Below are positions 55,135 through 64,000 of a stretch of DNA of 64,000 bases, one piece after another (the first letter of the stretch is position 1; every line of letters starts with the position of its first letter). Location: the NCBI RefSeq assembly GCF_000150275.1, contig NW_002060949.1, forward strand, positions 5,141,006-5,205,005, written 5' to 3'. The stretch is from Trichoplax adhaerens (Eukaryota; Animalia; Placozoa). The position numbers and the translations under genes are program-made. The notes under the pieces are model-generated. The model ran no database searches, had not been told where the DNA came from, and saw only the letters and a list, made by a program, of their open reading frames with translations.

Positions 55135-57778
55135 TTATAACGTCAAGGAGTCTAATACGGCACCTAAATTTTCAACTGTTACAGACTGCGATTTCAATTC
55201 CTACAGCAGAATAATCCGATAAAGGAGCACATTACTATACAAAAATATCATAACGAAGGTATGTCATTGGCAATTGAAGGCCATTTTTCTACCTGATATT
55301 TTTCCATGATTTGCGCAGATGCCCATGCAGCATATCTAGAATTATCTTTTTTGGATTTACTGCTAATTTTCTGTGATTGTAGTAATTGAGACGAAGCCTA
55401 TATACCAAGTAATTTTACAAACTGAATTTATCCACGTTGCAGTAAAGCTATTCCTAGGGTATACATATATATATATATATTGTAATATACCGAAATACTT
55501 CAAAAATTACCATGAAAAATCCATACAGAGATCTCATATTTTTACTATTCAATTTCAACGACTGAGCGAAATACTTCCTTGCCGATTCTATGTTTTCGAT
55601 TCCATTCATAGTATAATAAATCTGAAAGATAGAAAAAAGAGTTATTTTTCCATCAACCAAATTTATAACATCTTGCTACGGCACGCTAAAATAGACAAAT
55701 TTTGAAGTATCATGCAAATACCTCTGCACATCTTTGATAATAATAGTGATTATAAGGACTCGTAAGGATGAGTTCTTCCATACAAAAGGCTGCCTTGGAA
55801 TAACTAAAATTATTTCCGATTGAAAAATAATTTTTACATAACGTGCAATATTATAAGAAATTTTTCTATAATCAGTAACCAATACGATGCAAACTTACTC
55901 CATAAGGCTTATATACAAGTCAGCCAACTCCATCCAAGCTTCTTGATCAGTCATAAAACTGAAAAATTATAATAATAAGGCTTTATAGTTCATGACTAAT
56001 TTAATGTATATGACTTTTTTGCAAGTAACGCTTAGTACACATTATCAATACTCACGATTCCAGGTAATAATTAAGATGTGCAATAGCGGAGGCTTGATCT
56101 CCAATGGCTTTGTATATAGCTACCAGTCTTTTTCTTGCCGGCTAAAGTTGCAGTGACATCAGAATTATATTTTTATCGTAGCTGTTACTAAATAAATATC
56201 GACATAACTTGTAACAATTATAATATCAATGTACAGTATGCAATCGTATTAAGTACTATGCAATGCAAATTCATTAGGTGTCATATTTTACACAAATCAT
56301 ACAAATATGATATCTTAAATAAACCTACCGCGTTTGCTTTATCACGGGATAAACATTTCAAGTATACTTCTTCTGCCTCCTTAAAACTAAATGATATCGA
56401 TAGAAAGTTATATCAATAATGATCCTGGGGCTAGATAAACTATTCAGAATTTATTTTAGACATTACACTCGAATACATTAGCATGCATTTACATATTCGA
56501 ATTTATGTGTATTTATTATACACAAATAACAGTTTTATACTGTAAAGATGGTATGCACTTGTCAGTCACTGCTATATAGTACGTACTTTCCAGTTGCCTC
56601 TAGTGCCATGGCTTCAAGTTTATATACACGGGTACTTTTTGGAAATTGCCGTTGCAAAGCTTCTAAACATACCTAAGAGTAGATTTTAGCAATGATCTAG
56701 TTAATCGATCGAATCGTCATAGTCAGAAGTAAATGCACTTGTGAAATATTCTAATAGGTTACATACCTCAGCTAAATCTTCTCTCCCACAGTCTAACGCG
56801 GCAATAAATACTTGTTCGTAAATGTTCCAAACTAAGAGTCCATGTAGTATGTTGAATGTATCAATGGAATAATTCATATTAGAGATGTGCAACACACTTA
56901 AAAGATATTTGCATTACCAATAAATGTACCGTACTATTACTGGAGGTGGATAATAATAATTATTATTCGATAATGGCTACAGCAAGTTATTTATTTCCTG
57001 ACAGAAATTCTAATCACAGTAGTAGTCAATTAATTTAAAGTTTTCTAAAATTTAGACGATGTGCATTACTACGTATTAAGGTCGGGGTAGTTCTTATCAA
57101 TTGACGTCATCAACCGGTACAAAGCTATGTAAAGATACTGCCTCGACCTATACACTATTTCGCTCTATCTCTAGTCTAGATTGTGTGCATCTAATAGTAA
57201 TCTATATCCGATTGATCGATAAGAGAGATGTTCATTTATTCTACCGTTGAATTGTACTGCAGCAACTTATGCACTCAACCGACTCATCGAGCAAACAAGA
57301 AGTTGTATCAGCGCTTTCAGTTAGCGCTGCTTGATACTGCGCTCGTCTCTTGTCCTGTATCCATGATCGATCGTTGTGACTTTTATTTGACAAGACTAGG
57401 TTTCAAATCAGAGATGAAATTGATGCTATAGCGTCTGTATGGGTTATTTTTCTTATTCTTTATGAGCTTTTTAAGTCAATAAGCGATGCAAATAAAGCAC
57501 CCATTCAGCCCACCAAGATACATTACAGTAGTGACAGTAGTCAAGACGCGTTCTGTACTATACAGTACAGTACGGTCGGCATAAAGAGTACGAAGTACTA
57601 TGGCTATAATTAAGATAGTTGGCATGGCTCACTTACTTTCCTTTCCCAATTTACTTCGATAGTTTGTAATTAAGTGTTCTCCTAATTCTACGACATCATC
57701 ACTGGCTCGAACGTTGTCTTCTCTAAACTTTTTTAATGTTTCCATGGCGCTTCTCCAGTCGATCGAGGAGAACGCCAT
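55135..57778 (-). CDS. EMC2: ER membrane protein complex subunit 2 (TTC35), TPR protein (10 exons)
   Basis: Exons 57778-57637, 56831-56767, 56672-56587, 56386-56329, 56141-56056, 55958-55899, 55803-55722, 55621-55511, 55397-55293, 55200-55135. Motifs: [70 protein letters not shown]...RSLYG. Confidence 0.96.
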
Positions 57779-58615
57779 TGTCCTAGCCTTGCGGTAAAGA
57801 AATGTGAAGACTACAGTCTACAGTAGAAAGCAGTACAGTATGTACCGTCGACTGGACTGAATGGACGGCTGGACGTAAGATACTCAGCAGGAAGGAAAGA
57901 AGGATGTGAACAGTTGGATCCAAAAAAGGTACAAGTTTCTCATTTTCTGGTCATTCTACTGTCCTCTACTACTGAAAGTATACAGTATACAGTACTATAC
58001 AACGTAAAATTACCTGACAGACAGGTCGACAACAACCGTAGACCGTTGCAGCACATACCTGCTTTACTCCTTAAAATGTTAACCTTCATTATTTATGAGT
58101 GATGGCCCATGATTGTACTGATGACAGTTTATCACTGAGTTATACAGTACAGTAAGATTGAATATAAACTTCAACTTGATCGGTGTTGCTACTGACTCAG
58201 TTGCAATGACAGTCATGTTCTTGCTGATTCTTAGGAGTAATATAAGTAGTGACTGCCCGATTGGTACTGCGATTAGCACCGAATCCGATCCATTTTACTG
58301 TACCTTTAATGTAGTCGGTCAAGCGTTTAAATTACAAATACAATAAATGTATCATATCATTTTGTATTGCAACGACGAAAGTAATCAAGAAATCATCTCA
58401 TTCATACAGTATATCGTCAGAGATTATTCTCTAGCTAGTTAGTGGACTTCAGTGACACAGCCAGCGTTGTTGATAATATAATATAATGTTTAATGTTAGC
58501 GTGTGAAGAAATTGAGCTTGATTGCCCACTTGGGGCGAGTTGGGGGTTATCCTGATTTAGGCATGAGCAAGTGGGCCGGACCGGACCAGGTCTAGCCTGA
58601 GGTCTCACGTCACCC

Positions 58616-58769
58616 ATTGTACAGTACACAGTACGGTAAAGTACTGTACTGTACAGTGTACAGTACTGTACTGTACTGTACTGTACTGTACAGTACTACA
58701 GTATACTGTACAGTATACAGTACTGTAGTACTGTGCTGGATATACTGTACTGTACGTACTGTACTGTAG
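58616..58769. repeat. Dense TACTG/CAGTA pentamer array in the EMC2/DIDO1 divergent region
   Basis: About 150 bp built almost entirely from gtact and gtaca units in both orientations, including an uninterrupted (tactg)5 run. It is preceded by ccggaccggaccagg (about 58576-58590). Confidence 0.92.
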
Positions 58770-59425
58770 AGTTTAGTATAGGCATTGTTCTAGTTTTCCC
58801 GCGGTTGTACTGTAGACTACACTAGCCGATTGCATTGTGCCAGAGAGCATCTTGGCTTTTCACTACGTTTCCTGTAGCGTGGCGATATGTCTGCGACATT
58901 CTACTCCTTCCATACCAGTCCAACATTTTGAGCGTGGATCGAGCTACTCCATAGGGTGACCTGCTAGTATGAGTCAGGCGGTACCGGGTGACCCACAACG
59001 AGTATGACCTGTATGTACACTACAGCGTCGTCGTGACCACGCATCCGCATGAGTTGTCATCCACTGAGTTGTGTCAGCAGAGTCTGCAATCCTATGTCGT
59101 AATCCATAGCTGACAAGCTAGTGAAATACTTCAATATTGCGCCACCTGGCTGCCTCCTCACTCAAGAAGTTGTCCAGTCAAGACAGGTCCATGTTGACTT
59201 GGAAGCTTTAACCGGTTACCTGGCCTGGCCGTTGGAAGCATTTTGCATACAGTTAGTGATTGGATCTTTTCTACCTAAAAATTTACGATATCAAGTTGTC
59301 TTTAATTGGAAATTACACTGTTAAGACTCGATAGGAAGTTTCTATCCATCGATGCAGACAAGATTGTAACCATATCGAAAATTTCGAAATAGTTTCAATC
59401 GACAAACTGAGCGATCAGTCTATTC

Positions 59426-62400
59426 ATGAGCCTACGCACACGCAGTGGTAGCAAGGTGGACAACCAAAAGAAGAAAAATGTTGGCCAACAGACTACAAAT
59501 AGTCAAGATAGCAACATTAACAATCAATCCAAGCAACCAAGCATGATTTCAAACAACAGTAATAGTAATGACAATAGTGTAAAGCAAGGTCATAGCTATG
59601 GTACTCGACGAAAAAGGAAAATGGATGCAGATGCCGAGCTGAAAGCTCACTCATCAAGCCATAATTGCTCTACAGGAGAGACAAGCCTTGATCCAGCGAT
59701 CGATAACAACAGTAATCCAACACCTACCATGATTGCAAAACAAGCTCAAATCAATACTACAAATGCTGATAAATCATCTTCAAATCATGCTCAACAACAT
59801 TTATACTGTATCTGTCAGAAACCACATAATCGAAGGTATCAAATCTAGTTTTAATCGATCTATGATAGTCTATAGTCATTTGGTGGCTCTTTTCCACACT
59901 GCAAAGAGTCATGATACATGTGGAAGGAGAAACCCATCGAGATTAACATGATATTATTTATTATTACTGTTCGTTATGATGACAGTATCATTAACAAGAA
60001 GTTTATCAATATCCATACGATCCAATACAATAATCGTTATCAACATTCAGCAAAGTTTAGATACATACACTTACACCTTAATAGTTAAGCATAGAAAACA
60101 ATCCCTTGTTATGTTCATACAGGAGATTTAAATGAAAGAAAAGGAAAACAAACCAATATACAGTACTGTACAGTACTGTTGATATCATGCATGATCAAGA
60201 TATTGGAGTAATGATACAATGATAAACTAGGAGTTAGATAATTACTTAAAGATATTGTATCCATTAACTATTTTAAAATAGATTTATGATTTGTTGCGAT
60301 CGATGCGAAGAATGGTATCATGGCTCATGTGTTGGCATTAATGCTGCAAAAGCTCGCATCATGGAAGAACAGAAAGAAGACTTTATTTGTACAAAGTGTC
60401 TCCAAACATCAAACCAAGTTGATCCCCTTCCAATCCAAGGTAATACCTTATCCATCGCCGTCTAGAATGAATTAATACGAAAATTATATTATTTTTAATT
60501 TATCGATGGATTGGCTGTATTAAAAATGGTAAACTTTGTCATAGCCATATCTCATTCGGTAATGGAAAAATGGCAAAGCATGTTTTAGTCAAATGGGTAA
60601 TTTTACATGCCATGCGAGGAGGATGAAAAGGATAGCTAATGTTATAATTAAACCAACAAGGACTACTCGAAAGACAGTATATTCCTATTATTGAGTAGAT
60701 GTTAAGCTCCTTTGCTAGTACTGGTCTACATCCTTTGTTATCGAATATGTTGTAAATTGATGAGGATAACAGCCAAATCATCGTACATTTACTGTATATT
60801 TTACTTTAAGCATGATTAGCTCATATTTGCATTGCTACCTTCATCATCCAATATCGTATAAAATCGTCTACGAATACCTACCAGCACGTACACTATATCA
60901 TACTAACATACTGAGAAGTAAAGTCGTTTATAGTCAGTCTGTAACCAAATTAGTTAAAGTTTTGATGACGCTTTAGTATTCGACTAACTTATACAAAACA
61001 TTAGCGATATTTTCGAATGTAAAAATGATATTGTAATAAATACCCCAATTTCAAGATCAAGCGATTCTACATCAATAACCTATGATTTAAATTTCAGTAT
61101 CGCGAAAAGATGATCAGGCCTCTCAAGATATTCCTAACCAAGACATAAGTAAGAGTACAGATGATGAGTTGCCAAAACTTGCTCATGATAAGGTAGGAAA
61201 AGATCATCCATCTGCTACTGTACTTGATTACACATCATTTTCTACAATAATACATTACAATTATTCTTTCTTTTCACCTGTTAAATAGCCAACGGAACAA
61301 ATTCAACCAGTTCCAACGGTAATAGAAAAGATCGATGAACCTGAACAGACAGAATTAAGATCAAGGTTAGTCAGCAACCAATACAGTTATCCATTCGCTA
61401 CGATCTCAGATACCTTACATTATATGCTGTCAATTTTATAAAGATTACTGTATTATCGCATACGTCTACTAAGTTAATAAAAATTTGCTTTTTGTTTATG
61501 TTTGTATTACAATTGATTTTCATAAGATCTATATATACATTGCTATAAAAACGTCATTATCACTTTATAGCTTCGTGACGCTTATGTAGTCTTTGCATAC
61601 CGTTTAAGCAACTCTGATTCTTAAAGAGTCAATCCCTAATACGAGTATATTGACATAGGTAGTATAATTCGTATTTATGTTCGATATCATTAAATATCCT
61701 TCATTGTTTCTTGTCCTAATTTCGTTACAAGTATGAGGAATCGGAAAAGTAACAAAAGAAAGAGTATTTCTGATAACCACAAGCCAACTAAGGTAAGAAG
61801 ACATTCTCCAGAACTTTTAATAAAATTTATAAATGAGAATACTACTTTAATTATTGTCGTCAATTGGAAACAACTCTAGTGGCAGTAGTAACATCATGTC
61901 GCAAAAATTGTAGTTACCGATCTTACTGGATACTATAATAGCCATATTACAATAATCTCCTTATAGATAAAGAGTCAAGCTGAAGAAGAGAAAGTTGATC
62001 AACTGACAACATTATCTAAGATGGATTCCGAAAATGATCAAGTTATTGAGAAACATATAAAAAAAGTTAGACAAGCTAGTACGAGACCTAAGGTAAATTT
62101 CAAAAGTGATCAGCCTAAAGAACAGACAAAACTTGATCATGTAGTTACAAAAGTTAGGATGGATACCGAAAGTGATCAGGTCAAGGGAATGCAAACAGCT
62201 TCAGATCAAGTTACTGCTAAGTCTAAGGTGAAATCCGGAAATGATCAAGTTAAGAGTAAACAAACAAAATCCGATCATGTAATTGCAAAATCTAAAGTGG
62301 AATGCGAAAATGACCAAGTTAAGAAAAAACTGATAAGATCCGATCAAGCGATCACAAAATCGAAAGTGGAATACGAAAATGACCAAGTTAAGAAAAAAAC

Positions 62401-63965
62401 AGTAAGATCCGATCAAGCAATCATAAAATCTGAAGCCAATATTGACAAGAATCAAGTTAAGAGAAAATTGGTGAAATTTAAAGCGGATTCCGAAAATGAT
62501 CAGATTAAGAAAAAACCGGCAAAATCCCAGCAGACAAATATAAAGTCTAAAGCGGAATCTCAAAGCGATCAAGTTCAGATAAAGCATACGAAATCTGATC
62601 AAACAATTGCAAAACCTAAAGTAGACTCTAAAAATGATCAAGTTAAGGGAAAATACGCAAAGCAAGATCAAGTAATTACAAAAACTATAACTGATCCTAA
62701 AGATAACAGAGTCAAGGGAAAAAAAGATTTACGTGACGGTGGTTAGTCAACTGATATTTTAATTGAATTTTTTAATTCGGTTATGTTATCTGAAATATCC
62801 GAGAACTATTTGTGTAACAAATAATTTAGACGTTATCTAATTGTAGGATTTAACTATAAGTTGTTAAAAATGTACACATATCATACATAATAGGGAGGAA
62901 ATCTGTGAAAACTACAGGGGAGCTGCATTACGATAGTCCTGTCAGGGAAAACATCTACAAAGCTTTCCGAGATATTTTGTCAAAGGTTGCGGAAAAAATT
63001 GCTATCCAAATGAGTGTCGTCAGTAAACTGTCGAAAGATATCGAGGAACAATTATTTAATTTGTTTAATGACACTGGGTCTCGCTATAAAAACAAGTATA
63101 GAAGTCTATCGTTTAATTTGAAGGACGAAAAAAATAAGGTAATATTCATTCTGAGTACTATTATCACTTTCGCTGTAATACTTATAACATTAAGTAGAAA
63201 AGTAACTCATATTTTTGGTACAGGCTTTGGTCGAGCGGATTTTGCACGGTGATATATCGCCTTCTAAGCTTGTCAGGATGACCTCTGAAGAACTAGCAAA
63301 TAAAGAACTTGCTCAGTGGAGAGAAAAGGAAACCAAAAAAGTATACATGTAGTCATAAAATGTTTATCAGTGATAACTCTACGATATCAGTACTATATAA
63401 TTCCTGTATTTTATGTTATTATTATTTAGAATATTGAGATGATCAAACTGGCACAAACGGAAAATGTTGTTACCGTACTAAAGAAAAATCATAAGGTAGT
63501 TAGATATTATAAAATTTTACTTGTCACCAGTTTTAAATTTAATTATTTTACGTATATGATAGGGGGAATTCGTCGTAAACGATGAGAAATTTGCTCCATC
63601 TGAGGTAAAGGACGATCATTCCGCTATATGCAGTAATATTTTTAGTACGCGGATGATAGTATTGAGGCAACGTAATGGTTACACATTTCGTAGTATACAT
63701 TGACTATCGTACTTCAGCCCAATTGGAGACTGTTGAATATCCCATACTTAAAGTATATTTGCTATTTTAGCCTACAGAGCCGATAAGAGCTTCATCAAAC
63801 AGTGATAGTGACAATAAAATTGATACTACAGTTAATCACGACAAACATGTCTTCGATGTTGACTGCAAGATATGCATCGGTCGGATAAAACCAAAGCATG
63901 AAGTTCGAATTAATACAGTGAAATCAATAGAATCAGATATTTCTGGCCCATCTTTTAGCGACATG
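59426..63965 (+). CDS. DIDO1: DIDO1/PHF3-family PHD + TFIIS-M protein, 5' part (continues beyond the window)
   Basis: Exons 59426-59835, 60282-60439, 61098-61192, 61289-61365, 61732-61792, 61967-62741, 62894-63138, 63224-63340, 63430-63495, 63563-63604, 63771-63965. PHD: LYCICQKPHNRRFMICCDRCEEWYHGSCVGI...FICTKC. TFIIS-M: YKNKYRSLSFNLKDEKN...LVRMTSEELANKELAQWR. Family motif: DTTVNHDKHVFDVDCKICIG. It is probably the single pro-ortholog of DIDO1, PHF3 and SPOCD1. Confidence 0.9.
62021..62722 (+). repeat. Coding tandem repeat (~69 nt / 23 aa) within DIDO1/PHF3 exon 6
   Basis: Adjacent units SDHVIAKSKVECENDQVKKKLIR and SDQAITKSKVEYENDQVKKKTVR, flanked by degenerate copies; roughly ten units in total. 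Confidence 0.88.
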
Positions 63966-64000
63966 TGAGTGATTTCTTAATTAATTAACAGTGAGTACTG

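Noticed and set aside
58616-58769. CRISPR array or telomeric repeat interpretation of the pentamer array
   Set aside because: No repeat-spacer structure, eukaryotic context, not TTAGGG, and mixed orientations.
63718-63752. Extra DIDO1 mini-exon
   Set aside because: It would need an 18-nt downstream intron and its phase is incompatible with the neighbouring exons.

Overview
AT-rich, intron-dense eukaryotic DNA from an animal with a compact genome. Composition, short introns and gene content suggest a placozoan (Trichoplax-like); this is inference and was not checked against a database. I reconstructed nine protein-coding genes by reading splice sites by hand. Their strands alternate perfectly: UNC119 last exon (+, missed by the ORF track), ADCY3-like membrane adenylyl cyclase (-, 22 coding exons, 10.2 kb intron, one exon mostly hidden in a 100-N gap), RAD21 (+), a Bfr1/PPI1-family coiled-coil protein (-), RIOK3 (+), cathepsin B (-), TRMT11 (+, with one GC-AG intron), EMC2 (-), and DIDO1/PHF3 (+, runs off the window). 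No tRNA, rRNA, CRISPR array or intact transposon was seen. The strongest leads are: (1) palindrome-forming 5-bp-period arrays (GTACA/GTACT/GTCCA/GTCCG) concentrated in the head-to-head promoter regions; (2) a GC-rich 69-nt hairpin made of two inverted Sp/KLF-like boxes near the likely adenylyl cyclase start; (3) an intron-rich animal member of the fungal Bfr1/plant PPI1 family; (4) an M-box/CLEAR-like element upstream of cathepsin B; (5) a 23-aa Lys-rich repeat inserted in DIDO1/PHF3; (6) gene content consistent with one ancestral metazoan linkage group.
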